DNA from: Candidatus Nomurabacteria bacterium
Lineage (GTDB): Bacteria; Patescibacteriota; Minisyncoccia; Phycocordibacterales; UBA9973
Direction of reading: 5' to 3'
Assembly: GCA_052035195.1 (NCBI GenBank)
Contig: JBPOHU010000001.1
Coordinates: 104,031 to 168,030 of the forward strand
Length of the DNA: 64,000 bases
Below are positions 36,198 to 45,654 of this stretch, piece after piece (the stretch's first letter is position 1; each line of letters starts with the position of its first letter). Under the pieces are notes generated by a model that was not told the DNA's origin, did not search any database, and was given only the letters and a program-made list of their open reading frames with translations. The position numbers were made by a program, and so were the translations under genes.

Positions 36198-36572
36198 ATG
36201 AAAAATATAATTATTATTATTCTTGTTGTACTACTAGGAACGTCTCTTTATACAAATTTTAACTCTAAAAAGAATACTGATCCAAAAATATCTATGGTTG
36301 CAGTAGCAAACTACGATCAGGGACATATCGTTGGTGGTAATTCTCAATATTTTGATCTAACGTTTACTTCTGATACCGATATAGGGGCCGCATCAATAGT
36401 ATTCACTCAAAGTTCTTCAGCGGTAGTACCAAACCCAGTCTCACAGATTTCTGAAGTGCAAAAAGATATAGTTATTAAAAAAGGAAATACAAAAATAAAC
36501 AAAGTACTTTTAGCACAAATAACAAAAATAACCGTGAATGGAAAAAGTGTTCCTTTCACTCAGACCTACTAA
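36198..36572 (+). CDS. hypothetical secreted protein
   Basis: Signal-peptide-like N-terminus IIIIILVVLLGTSLY; no domain recognised. Confidence 0.35.
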   Translation: MKNIIIIILVVLLGTSLYTNFNSKKNTDPKISMVAVANYDQGHIVGGNSQYFDLTFTSDTDIGAASIVFTQSSSAVVPNPVSQISEVQKDIVIKKGNTKINKVLLAQITKITVNGKSVPFTQTY

Positions 36573-36582
36573 AAATAATAAA

Positions 36583-36614
36583 TAAAAAAACATTCAATAC
36601 AGAATGTTTTTTTA
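36583..36614. terminator. bidirectional intrinsic terminator
   Basis: AAAAAAACATTC-aataca-GAATGTTTTTTTATTT. Confidence 0.65.
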
Positions 36615-37151
36615 TTTCACCAACTCAAAAAATACTTGTTCAGTTTCTGGATCTATTTTGTCAGTTACGAAAACCATTAGTTCAGTAATGAGTCCAAAGT
36701 CTTTTTTGATATTAGTGAATAGGTGTTCATAAGGGAAAGGGGAGATCCAAACACTATTTTTAAGACACAAGAATCCTGCTTTTTTTAGAAGGTAGCGAAA
36801 GCTCTCCCTCTCGTCTTTGCGAGATTCTGGTAGGTCGAGCAATACGATACGCCATTTACCGTCCCATGCAGGACTAAGGGCACTTGTGTCTCCAAGGACT
36901 AGACTATGAACCTTCTTTTTACCTTCTTTGGTAAGGCGCGCGTACTGATTCTGTCCAGAGAAGGTTTGCTCTATGAGCCCGGTATCCCGAAGCCCTTTTA
37001 AAGAGCGAGAAATCGCGCTAGCGCCCCGCAAAGCCTTGGCGTCGTAGGGAAAGTCACCTGAGACGTTTTTGATGAGTTCAGGCACTGAAATAGCCGGTTT
37101 TTCAGCCAATAATTTCAATATTTTCTTTGAAAATCCGCCATTTGTTGACAT
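36612..37151 (-). CDS. PaaX-family-like transcriptional regulator
   Basis: N-terminal wHTH (KILKLLAEKPAISVPELIKNV...LRDTGLIEQ) and DGKWRIVLLDLPESRKDERESFRYLLKKAGFLCLKNSVWISP, matching the PaaX C-terminal pattern. Divergent from dnaK. Confidence 0.5.
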   Translation of the reverse strand: MSTNGGFSKKILKLLAEKPAISVPELIKNVSGDFPYDAKALRGASAISRSLKGLRDTGLIEQTFSGQNQYARLTKEGKKKVHSLVLGDTSALSPAWDGKWRIVLLDLPESRKDERESFRYLLKKAGFLCLKNSVWISPFPYEHLFTNIKKDFGLITELMVFVTDKIDPETEQVFFELVK

Positions 37152-37271
37152 AAGAATATCGTATCAGGTATGATATGAACATACAAGTATTTCGTGACCG
37201 CTAAAAGACTGTTAAATACTTGATTTTGGATTATTTGAAACAACTTATTAGCTCTTAAATTAAATAAAAAT

Positions 37272-39146
37272 ATGGGAAAAATTATTGGAATTGACCTTGG
37301 AACTACAAACAGCGCTGTTGCCATCATCGAAGGTGGACAGCCAAAAATTATAGAAAATATCGAAGGTGCACGTACTACTCCATCTATTGTGGCAGTAGGC
37401 AAAAACGGTGACCGCCTTGTTGGACTTCTTGCAAAGCGACAAGCAGTAACTAATCCTCAAAATACTATCTATGGCGTGAAGCGCTTCATGGGACACAAGT
37501 ACGATGATCATGGTATGGAAAAGGTGATCAAGACTTCTCCTTTTACTGTTTCAAAAGACAGTAACGGTGGTGCTCTCATCAAACTCGCTGACAAAGACCA
37601 ACGCCCAGAAGAAATCTCAGCAATGATTTTGCAAAAGATTAAAGCAGATGTTGAAGCAAAGCTTGGCGAAAAAGTAACTGAAGCTATCATCACTGTACCA
37701 GCGTATTTCAACGATGCACAAAGAAAGGCTACCAAAGACGCCGGTGCTATCGCAGGTCTTGATGTGAAGCGTATCATCAATGAACCAACTGCTGCAGCTC
37801 TTGCATATGGATTCAATACAAAGAAAAATGAAAAGATAGTTGTTTATGACTTTGGAGGTGGAACATTTGATGTGTCTGTTCTTGAAGTAACAGAAGATGT
37901 TATTGAAGTTAAGAGCACTGACGGAGATTCTCTCATGGGGGGCCGTGATATTGACCTCAAGATCATCAACTGGATTGCTGAAGAATTTAAAAAGCAAAGT
38001 GGAGTAGATGTATCAAAGGATCCACTAGCTCTTCAGAGACTCGATGAAGCGGCTGAAAAGGCCAAGATTGAGCTCTCTACAACACCAGAGACTGAAATCA
38101 ATATTCCATTTATTACTTCGACTGATGCAGGACCACAACACTTGCTCCTCAAACTCTCTCGCGCAAAGCTTGAAGAGTTAGCTGATGAATTCATCGCTCA
38201 ATCTATTGCTATCACAAAACGTGCTATCGAAGCTTCTCCATTTAAAAAAGAAGAAATCAATGAAATCATAATGGTTGGAGGCCAAACTCGTATGCCAAAG
38301 ATTATTGAAGAAGTACAGAAGTACTTTGGCAAAGAACCAAACCGTTCTATCAACCCAGATGAAGTTGTAGCTCTCGGAGCTGCGGTACAAGGTGGAGTAC
38401 TCCAAGGAGATGTGCGTGACGTGCTTCTTCTTGATGTGATTCCTCTTTCTCTAGGAATAGAGACTATGGGAGGAGTAGCTACAAAGCTCGTAGAACGCAA
38501 TACAACTATCCCTTCATCAAAGAGTCAGATATTCTCAACGGCTTCTGATAATCAAACTTCTGTTGATATTCATATCGTTCAAGGAGAGCGACCAATGGCA
38601 AGTGACAATAAATCTCTTGGAAGATTTGTTCTAGAAGGTATCGCTCCAGCTCCACGAGGTATTCCTCAAATCGAAGTATCTTTTGATGTTGATGCTAACG
38701 GTATTCTCGCAGTGAAAGCCAAAGACAAATCAACAGGCAAAGAACAATCTATACGTATCGAAGCTTCTTCAGGACTCTCAGCAGATGATATTGAAAAGAT
38801 GAAAAAGGATGCAGAGCTCCACGCTGAAGAAGATGCCAAGAAGAAAGAGTTAGTAGATACTAAAAATACTGCTGATCTTACAATCTTCACAGCAGAGAAA
38901 GCATTGATGGATCATAAAGACCAAATCACAGAAGATATCAAAAACTCTGTAGAAGACAAAATCAAAGCTCTTAAAACTGCAAAAGATGAAACTGATAAAT
39001 CAGCCATCGAAACTGCAATACATGAACTATCTACTGAAATGCAAAAGATAGGGGAGGCAGTTGCAAAACAAGGAGAAGAAAATAAAGAAAGCCCTCCTAA
39101 TGAACCAAAAGAAGCCGAAGCTACCGAAACTTCAGAAGAAAAATAA
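37272..39146 (+). CDS. dnaK: chaperone DnaK (Hsp70)
   Basis: [36 protein letters not shown] and full-length Hsp70 architecture. Confidence 0.95.
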   Translation: MGKIIGIDLGTTNSAVAIIEGGQPKIIENIEGARTTPSIVAVGKNGDRLVGLLAKRQAVTNPQNTIYGVKRFMGHKYDDHGMEKVIKTSPFTVSKDSNGGALIKLADKDQRPEEISAMILQKIKADVEAKLGEKVTEAIITVPAYFNDAQRKATKDAGAIAGLDVKRIINEPTAAALAYGFNTKKNEKIVVYDFGGGTFDVSVLEVTEDVIEVKSTDGDSLMGGRDIDLKIINWIAEEFKKQSGVDVSKDPLALQRLDEAAEKAKIELSTTPETEINIPFITSTDAGPQHLLLKLSRAKLEELADEFIAQSIAITKRAIEASPFKKEEINEIIMVGGQTRMPKIIEEVQKYFGKEPNRSINPDEVVALGAAVQGGVLQGDVRDVLLLDVIPLSLGIETMGGVATKLVERNTTIPSSKSQIFSTASDNQTSVDIHIVQGERPMASDNKSLGRFVLEGIAPAPRGIPQIEVSFDVDANGILAVKAKDKSTGKEQSIRIEASSGLSADDIEKMKKDAELHAEEDAKKKELVDTKNTADLTIFTAEKALMDHKDQITEDIKNSVEDKIKALKTAKDETDKSAIETAIHELSTEMQKIGEAVAKQGEENKESPPNEPKEAEATETSEEK

Positions 39147-39162
39147 AATACAAATAACAAGA

Positions 39163-39190
39163 AAAGCCCTCATTTCTGAGGGTTTTTCTT
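39163..39190 (+). terminator. rho-independent terminator after dnaK
   Basis: AAGCCCTCA-tttc-TGAGGGTTTTTC. Confidence 0.65.
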
Positions 39191-39194
39191 TATA

Positions 39195-39223
39195 TTGACA
39201 AATATACTATAATATGGTATTAT
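39195..39223 (+). promoter_or_regulatory. sigma70-type promoter TTGACA-N17-TATTAT
   Basis: TTGACAAATATACTATAATATGGTATTAT. Confidence 0.55.
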
Positions 39224-39260
39224 ATAAAAGATAACGTACCTTTTAACAAAAAATTCTTTT

Positions 39261-39377
39261 ATGAAAACTTTAGTAATTCTTTTAGTTTTATCTGTATTTG
39301 TCGTTTCTTGCGCCCGGGACATTAGTCCCTACAAGGCCGCAAATCACAGCGGCAAAGCCTATAAGTGCCACAGATAA
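39261..39377 (+). CDS. candidate 38-aa lipoprotein-like small peptide (or small RNA)
   Basis: Hand translation MKTLVILLVLSVFVVSCARDISPYKAANHSGKAYKCHR; signal peptide with a lipobox-like VVSC; no SD. Hairpin AAGGGCTGC...GCAGCCCTT at 39440-39470. Confidence 0.3.
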   Translation: MKTLVILLVLSVFVVSCARDISPYKAANHSGKAYKCHR

Positions 39378-39516
39378 AACTTGACATAGGATACCAGGCA
39401 TGCTATGCTGGTATCAGAATTTAATGGGTTAGTAAGTAAGAGGGCTGCCGTCAATAGACGTGCAGCCCTTATTTTGTTTATAGCTTTTTATATATTTTAT
39501 GCTAAAATAGTACCCA

Positions 39517-39655
39517 TGAATCACGTACGAAACCGCGGTCACGGTTACGTATAGTGGTACAAAAATTATATTTCTAAATTAGACTTTTATTAATCCTATA
39601 ATAATTAAAACAGAGAGTAGACCGCGACCTGTTTCGTACGTGATGAATAAGAAGC
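39517..39655 (+). repeat. long imperfect inverted repeat (arms 39517-39545 and 39626-39655) around an 80-nt AT-rich loop
   Basis: ATCACGTACGAAAC is perfectly inverted (14 bp) and continues with CGCGGTC on both arms. The right arm overlaps a 25-aa basic mini-ORF (MNKKRKIAAKKKRKADGKTVSLRHR, 39643-39720). Confidence 0.5.
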
Positions 39656-39725
39656 GTAAAATTGCAGCAAAAAAGAAACGTAAAGCTGACGGCAAAACAG
39701 TCTCTCTACGCCACAGATAAATAAA

Positions 39726-39757
39726 ATCCTTGAGTCAAAGCTCAAGGATTTTATTTT
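39726..39757. terminator. bidirectional intrinsic terminator
   Basis: ATCCTTGAG-tcaaag-CTCAAGGAT followed by TTTATTTT. Confidence 0.65.
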
Positions 39758-40500
39758 AAGAACCACCCTTTTATCAGAAACTCTGTCTCTTCTGGACTCT
39801 TCACTGCAATAGTATCTATACCGGTACTTTTAACCGGATAATCATTGCCACCCACATCAAGCTTATCCCCGATAAACAATATCTTTGATATTGGAATATT
39901 AAGACTTTCAGAAAACCTATTAGCCCCATAAGCCTTGTCTATTCCTTTCTTAGTGATATCTATAGAAGTCATTCCACCCATAGTCAAAGTGTATTCTGGT
40001 AGCTTAGGAGATAGAAAAGAAATAATATGTTTTCTTTTCTCCATATATGGATCCCAAAGCATTTTGTTTTTTATTGGAGCACTATTACCAAGTCCTGAAA
40101 ATGTTATCTGGCTTCCGCGATCTTCTATTATCTCTCCGAAGGTTTCTTTTTCTTGATAACCAGCTTCTTGCAAAGTAGTCTTGAGTATCTCAATAACCTT
40201 ATTTCTTTCTTCTTCTGAGATGGATTCATCATAGAGAGTTATCCATGAGTTCTCTTCGAAAGACTTAAGGGCTGTCCCGGTAGTCGGTAAAACAAAAAGA
40301 TTTTTCCAAAGCTCTTTGGGTATAAAAGATATAAGCTGTTTTTCAAATTGTTCAAACTTGCCACCAGAGATGACTGCTACTTTTTTATTTTGAAGTAAGA
40401 GACTTAGACACTCTGCCATATCCAAAGATATAGGTCCCTTACTTTGTGCAAGAGTTCCATCCATATCAAACATGACACAGTCATACTTACTTATATCCAT
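39751..40500 (-). CDS. HAD-superfamily hydrolase (subfamily IIB; Cof/phosphomannomutase-like)
   Basis: CVMFDMDGTLA DxDGT motif at the N-terminus; GDKLDVGGNDY region near the C-terminus. Confidence 0.6.
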   Translation of the reverse strand: MDISKYDCVMFDMDGTLAQSKGPISLDMAECLSLLLQNKKVAVISGGKFEQFEKQLISFIPKELWKNLFVLPTTGTALKSFEENSWITLYDESISEEERNKVIEILKTTLQEAGYQEKETFGEIIEDRGSQITFSGLGNSAPIKNKMLWDPYMEKRKHIISFLSPKLPEYTLTMGGMTSIDITKKGIDKAYGANRFSESLNIPISKILFIGDKLDVGGNDYPVKSTGIDTIAVKSPEETEFLIKGWFLK

Positions 40501-40503
40501 AAA

Positions 40504-42384
40504 TTATTTATTTTCTAAATAAGAAAGTACGGTTTTTAGTGGAATAGTAGCCGCGCCTATGTATTTGTCGGCAGCACCATAATAAATATAAAGAAGTCCT
40601 TTTCGCTCTACTACTCCACAAGGGAAAACTACATTTGAAACTACCCCTTGAGATTCATACTCAGCATCTGGCTCAAAGAATGGCGCCGCTGTTCTAGAGA
40701 GAACTATTGTCGGGTCTTTAAGATCAAGCAAAAGAGCTCCTACACGATAAACTCCACTCCAAGAAATACCATGATAGAGCATCAACCAACCTTTTTTTGT
40801 TTTAATTAATGGACAAGATAGTCCTATACGAACTGTATCCCACATACCATTTCTAGGATCTGTAATGTCTATACACTTTGTTATTTGTTCTGTTGCAAAA
40901 TCAAGAGTAGGGAAATAGTCTCCACAAATACCATTTCCGGCTCGATGGATTATCAAATATCCTTGAGAAAACTTCTCTGGAAGAACTGTCGCATCTTTAT
41001 CAGGAATACTATCTGGACTAAGTACTGCAGGAGCACTCCATTTATCCCAAGCTTTTGCTAGAAAATCTTTTACAGATATAGAAGTCGCTACTATTCTAGG
41101 TACATAGCCGTTAAAGCCTGTATACATCATATAGATGGTATTGCCTATACGAGTAAGGCGAGGATCTTCACAACCATGAGACTCAAAATCAGCCCTAGGA
41201 GAATAAACAGGATTATCAGACCGCTCATTTATGAAAAATCCATCTTTAGAGTTCGCATAACCAAGAGTTGAAACATTGTCGACTGTGGCTGCGCGGTATA
41301 GGAAATGTACTGTTCCATCTATATCTATAGCAGCCGGGTTGCATACGCCTCCAGCCTCCCAAGCCAAACCTTCTCTAGGAGAGAGGATAGGATTTTTCTT
41401 ATGTCTTATGATTTCAGGTTTTGTTGTTAGGGACTTAAGGAAAGGGTCAAGAGGGATAGTAGCTTTGGCACAAAACGTATCTGCTCCTCCATAATAAACT
41501 TCGAGCATATTTTTCTTTACTATAGCTCCAGTAGGGAAAACTATATTTGGTACTTGTCCTATTTTTTCGTAGTACCACTCAGGAGTAAGGAATGGCCCCT
41601 TGGTTCTACCTATTATTTTCTTAGGATTATTTGTTTCAAGCAGTATTGCTTCAACCCCAAACATTGGATGATCAGTCCAATAATTTTGAATATGACAATA
41701 AACAGCAAGCCAGCCACTCTTTGTAAGTACTGGTACAGCACCGAGCTCTACATGATCTTTTTCTTTTCTTCTTAGGACTATTTCGTATTTATCTTTCTCC
41801 TGATACCATTTTTGCCATTTCTTTTGATCCCAGATCTCTTCTAAAGTACTAAAATTTCTAATACAGAGCTTTGATGGACCTGGATCAGTATCGATAGTTA
41901 TAAAAGCAGTGTATTTATCTCCAATCTTTTTAGGGAAGAGTGCCATAGCCTTGGCATTGAAAGGTGTTACCAAATGCTTTGCATAAATAGTTTTCAAATC
42001 TTTACTAAGAGCTACTGCAGTTTTGATGCAATGTGGACCAAAAGGGTAGTCACTAAGAGCTGTATAAAAAATATAATAAGTGTCCCCAATCTTTGTAACA
42101 CGAGGGTCTTCACAGCCATACTTATCAAAGTCTTCACTAGGAGCAATCAAAACTGCTCTATCAGAAAAATCTTCACCATTTTTTGAAAAAGCCACACCAA
42201 TAGTTGAAATAGAAATGTGTGGCTTTCTAACAGGATCTTCATTTGACATTGCTCTATAAACTAAAGCAGTAGTTTTACTATCAATCACAACAGGACAACC
42301 ATTAAATGTTGCCTTTGATTCCCATGAATGATTTTTTAAAGGAGAAAGAATTGGATTTTTTTCGCTTCTATTTATGTTAAACAT
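40504..42384 (-). CDS. tandem GH130-like (beta-mannoside phosphorylase / DUF377) domain protein
   Basis: Two repeats of the pattern KNPILSP...YRA...GCEDPR(V/L)T(K/R)IG(D/N)T(Y/I)Y(I/M)(F/M)YT, typical of GH130. Confidence 0.6.
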   Translation of the reverse strand: MFNINRSEKNPILSPLKNHSWESKATFNGCPVVIDSKTTALVYRAMSNEDPVRKPHISISTIGVAFSKNGEDFSDRAVLIAPSEDFDKYGCEDPRVTKIGDTYYIFYTALSDYPFGPHCIKTAVALSKDLKTIYAKHLVTPFNAKAMALFPKKIGDKYTAFITIDTDPGPSKLCIRNFSTLEEIWDQKKWQKWYQEKDKYEIVLRRKEKDHVELGAVPVLTKSGWLAVYCHIQNYWTDHPMFGVEAILLETNNPKKIIGRTKGPFLTPEWYYEKIGQVPNIVFPTGAIVKKNMLEVYYGGADTFCAKATIPLDPFLKSLTTKPEIIRHKKNPILSPREGLAWEAGGVCNPAAIDIDGTVHFLYRAATVDNVSTLGYANSKDGFFINERSDNPVYSPRADFESHGCEDPRLTRIGNTIYMMYTGFNGYVPRIVATSISVKDFLAKAWDKWSAPAVLSPDSIPDKDATVLPEKFSQGYLIIHRAGNGICGDYFPTLDFATEQITKCIDITDPRNGMWDTVRIGLSCPLIKTKKGWLMLYHGISWSGVYRVGALLLDLKDPTIVLSRTAAPFFEPDAEYESQGVVSNVVFPCGVVERKGLLYIYYGAADKYIGAATIPLKTVLSYLENK

Positions 42385-42423
42385 ATGTAAAGAGTATATA
42401 TTAAAAAAATTATTTTGTATTTT

Positions 42424-43518
42424 TTATTCTGTGTATACCAACCAAGAAAGTACATCTTGAAGTGGAGCTTGCGCAACACAAGTATGCATATCACCTCCAC
42501 CATAATAAACAAGTAACATTTCTTCACGTACTACTGCACCACAAACGTACACAATACCCGGCTTACCATCATTTTCATACCAACAATCTGGAGTAAGCAA
42601 TGGTCCAGGACTTCGTGCTATAACTTTTGAAGGATTATTTATATCTAGAAGCATTACTCCTACTTTGTATTTTTCTGATTCATGTTTTTCTACTGCATGA
42701 TAGAGAACGAGCCAGCCTTTTTCTGTTTTGATAGGAGGGCATCCTGCTCCACGAAGCCATGTATCCCAAGAATCTCTTTCGTGTCTTTTGAATTTACTTT
42801 CTATTTTTTTTGTTCCTTTAGATAAGTCTTCTAATCTCTCAATATAATCAACCTGCACAGTAGGCGAAATGCTGTGAAGTATCGCAAACTTACCATCTAT
42901 TTTCTCTGGAAAAAGAACCCAGTTTTTATGTATTTCTCCTTCGGGGGATATAAGAATAGGTTTTTTCCAATTCCATTTCCCAGCAATAAAATCTTTTTCT
43001 AAAATAGAACTCACTCCAATACGAATAAAATCCCAACCGTCAAAAGCGTTGAAAGTTAGATAGAGTGTATCTTCTATGCGTACGAGTCTAGGATCTTCTG
43101 CTCCACCCCAAGATCCACCAGAGGGATAAAGTACTGGGTCATAACGATACCTTTCATCAGAGAGACCGCGAATATTTTCCAAAAAGAAAACAGGATAATC
43201 ACCACGCTCTTCAAAATTTATTCCGTTTGTACTCTTTGAATATCCAAGTCTAGAAACACCATCAGTTCCTATTGCTCTATAAAGAAGATGAACATTGTGA
43301 TCATCATCTTTATAAGCAGCAGGATTGAAAACTCCGCACGCCTCCCATTCATTGTGAGACTGAGGAGACATTACTGGATTTTGATGAAACTTTTTTAAAG
43401 AAAAAGGTTTCTCTCGAGACTTTTGAAAACGCTCTCGCAAACGCAGAAATAAAACAACTAAAACAAAAGCAAATATAACTATCTCTAAAAATAGACGAAC
43501 GTCATGCTCAGTTATCAT
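42424..43518 (-). CDS. GH130-like glycoside hydrolase/phosphorylase with an N-terminal membrane anchor
   Basis: TM helix then NPVMSP...GVFNPAAY...LLYRAIG...GAEDPRLVRIEDTLYLTFNA. Confidence 0.6.
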   Translation of the reverse strand: MITEHDVRLFLEIVIFAFVLVVLFLRLRERFQKSREKPFSLKKFHQNPVMSPQSHNEWEACGVFNPAAYKDDDHNVHLLYRAIGTDGVSRLGYSKSTNGINFEERGDYPVFFLENIRGLSDERYRYDPVLYPSGGSWGGAEDPRLVRIEDTLYLTFNAFDGWDFIRIGVSSILEKDFIAGKWNWKKPILISPEGEIHKNWVLFPEKIDGKFAILHSISPTVQVDYIERLEDLSKGTKKIESKFKRHERDSWDTWLRGAGCPPIKTEKGWLVLYHAVEKHESEKYKVGVMLLDINNPSKVIARSPGPLLTPDCWYENDGKPGIVYVCGAVVREEMLLVYYGGGDMHTCVAQAPLQDVLSWLVYTE

Positions 43519-43531
43519 TTAGAAAAACCCT

Positions 43532-43911
43532 TTATGCTTTTTTTGAGCTTGCTTTTTTAGTTCGACCGTATGAGTCCTGTACGCGAACAATATCAGATTC
43601 TTCAAAATGCCCTGTGGCTATTTCGAGTATTTGAAGGGGAGTTTCAGCGATGATTCTGTGGAGCGTTTTCGGGGGTACTGTAAACTCCTTACCAGGCTTT
43701 GCTACGTATTTCTTTTTACCAACAACAACAAATCCTGTGCCAGAAATGATGTGCCAAAATTCTGCTCTATCATGATGATATTGAAGTGAGAGAGATGCTC
43801 CTGCTTTTACGTGTATTATTTTTATAGTTGAAGGTTCGTTATAGGTATAGCGATTAAAAAATCCCCAAGGTCTCTTTTCTGTATAGAAATTTTTGAGAGA
43901 ATTTTTCATAT
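43532..43911 (-). CDS. cupin-domain protein (mannose-6-phosphate isomerase type II C-terminal-like)
   Basis: SLQYHHDRAEFWHIISGTG...PPKTLHRI cupin motifs. Start MKNSLKNF at 43911. The finder's extension to 44347 overlaps dnaJ on the other strand and is rejected. Confidence 0.55.
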
Positions 43912-43984
43912 AAATATGTACCAAGTGTACCATACAAAAATCAAAAAATATGGTATAATACCTGTGTAAAAGTGGAGAAATACT

Positions 43985-45049
43985 ATGAGCAAGGATTACT
44001 ATAAAACATTGGGAGTAGAAAAGGGCGCATCGAAAGATGAAATAAAAAAAGCCTTCCATAAAATGGCTCACAAATACCACCCTGATAAAAGCGGTGGAGA
44101 TGAAGCCAAATTCAAAGAGGTAAATGAAGCCTACCAAACACTCTCTGACGACCAAAAAAGAGCTAGTTATGATCAGTTTGGTTCTGATGGCCCTCAAATG
44201 GGTGGTTTTGGCGGTGGAGGATTCGATGGTTTTGACTTTAGTGGTTTTGGCCAAGGTCAAGGCGGTTTTGAGTTCGACATAGGAGATATGTTCGGAGGTA
44301 TGTTTGGCGGTGGAAGAACACGCAAACCTCGTGGTAACGATCTTCAAACTTCAATGACTATAGACTTCAAAGAGTCTGTCTTTGGTGTTGATAAAGAATT
44401 AAAAGTTACCAAACCTTCAACATGCAACACTTGTAAAGGTGATGGTGCTACTCCTGGAACAAAACTTGAAACTTGTAGTACTTGTAACGGCGCTGGTGTT
44501 GTGAGAAATATTCAACGCACCATACTTGGCTCTATTGCTACAAATCAAACCTGTAGTAAGTGTAATGGTGCAGGTAAAATACCAAAAGATCCTTGCAAGA
44601 CCTGTCGTGGTACAGGAGTAATGAACGACACTAGAACTATCAAAGTCTCTATTCCATCAGGGATACAAAACGGCGAGACACTACGACTCTCTGGTATGGG
44701 AGAAGCTATCCAAGGTGGACCATCAGGAGACCTATATGTACATATGTCTGTTGCTCCACACAAAACTATTTCAAGAAAAGGAACAGACTTATATACCAAT
44801 CTAGATATTAAGCTAACTGACGCCCTACTCGGAGCACAATACTCTATCGAGACACTCGATGGTAATGAAGTTATTTCTATACCAGCTGGTACCAAAATAG
44901 GTAGTACTGTCATAATCAAAGAAAAAGGCGTACCACTATCTAAATCAAAAAGAGGAAACTTTATCGTACAACTAAATATCAAACTCCCAGAAAAACTTTC
45001 AAAAGAAGCAAAAGCAATAATCGAAGAGCTTAAAAAGCAGGGGATATAA
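43985..45049 (+). CDS. dnaJ: chaperone DnaJ
   Basis: J-domain with HPD, a G/F-rich region and four CxxCxGxG zinc-finger repeats. Confidence 0.9.
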   Translation: MSKDYYKTLGVEKGASKDEIKKAFHKMAHKYHPDKSGGDEAKFKEVNEAYQTLSDDQKRASYDQFGSDGPQMGGFGGGGFDGFDFSGFGQGQGGFEFDIGDMFGGMFGGGRTRKPRGNDLQTSMTIDFKESVFGVDKELKVTKPSTCNTCKGDGATPGTKLETCSTCNGAGVVRNIQRTILGSIATNQTCSKCNGAGKIPKDPCKTCRGTGVMNDTRTIKVSIPSGIQNGETLRLSGMGEAIQGGPSGDLYVHMSVAPHKTISRKGTDLYTNLDIKLTDALLGAQYSIETLDGNEVISIPAGTKIGSTVIIKEKGVPLSKSKRGNFIVQLNIKLPEKLSKEAKAIIEELKKQGI

Positions 45050-45078
45050 AAAAACGGGCTTGGGCCCGTTTTATTTTT
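45048..45078. terminator. bidirectional intrinsic terminator
   Basis: AAAAAAACGGGC-ttgg-GCCCGTTTTATTTTT. Confidence 0.65.
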
Positions 45079-45586
45079 GATTAATATGTTTGTGCGGTAT
45101 GAGATGAGAGAGTATACAACCAAGCACACCCCCGACCACAAAATAAACCATTAATGAATCGTCATGACTAGCATGCTCTGTAAATGTTTGTATGTATTTT
45201 GGTATGAATACATAAATAGAAGCAATGGCTACCATGCTAGATAGGAATAGCGGTCTTTTTGCGTTAGGGAAGTGGCGCTTTGTTTCGCCCCAAAGGAAGA
45301 TTACATCCATAAGTACATGAACGAGGAACCAAAATATAATCACATTAGAGTATTCGTTGCTATGAGCACTGAACTCTATAGCCTCGATCACCATATGCGC
45401 TAATAAAAACAACAAACTCAGAACATGGGCTTTTCTATGGGCAATAAGCGCAATTAGAAAACCACCGGTTATCAAAATAAATGACCAGATATTTCCAAAA
45501 TCCATTTCAGCAACGTGAAATGAAATGGCAATAAGATATACCACCAAAAATAGTTTCCAGAAAATGTCTTTGAAATCGTTTATCAT
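45071..45586 (-). CDS. His-rich polytopic membrane protein (possibly YdjM/DUF457-like metal-dependent hydrolase)
   Basis: Multiple TM helices with many His (AHRKAH, LAHMVIE, HLIPHKH); divergent from a Fur-family gene. Confidence 0.3.
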   Translation of the reverse strand: MINDFKDIFWKLFLVVYLIAISFHVAEMDFGNIWSFILITGGFLIALIAHRKAHVLSLLFLLAHMVIEAIEFSAHSNEYSNVIIFWFLVHVLMDVIFLWGETKRHFPNAKRPLFLSSMVAIASIYVFIPKYIQTFTEHASHDDSLMVYFVVGGVLGCILSHLIPHKHINQK

Positions 45587-45616
45587 AAATAAATCTATTT
45601 AAGGCCATTCTACACC

Positions 45617-45637
45617 ATTTGCAAGTTGTTTGCAAAT
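45617..45637. promoter_or_regulatory. perfect 8-5-8 palindrome ATTTGCAA-gttgt-TTGCAAAT (candidate Fur-family operator)
   Basis: Lies in the divergent intergenic region. A second TATTTGCAAATA palindrome sits at 45694-45705. Confidence 0.5.
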
Positions 45638-45654
45638 AGTATAAAGTACTCCAC

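Noticed and set aside
43532-44347. 271-aa minus-strand ORF overlapping the dnaJ 5' region
   Set aside because: Only the C-terminal 126 aa (from the ATG at 43911) show cupin motifs. The upstream extension is antisense to the well-supported dnaJ J-domain.
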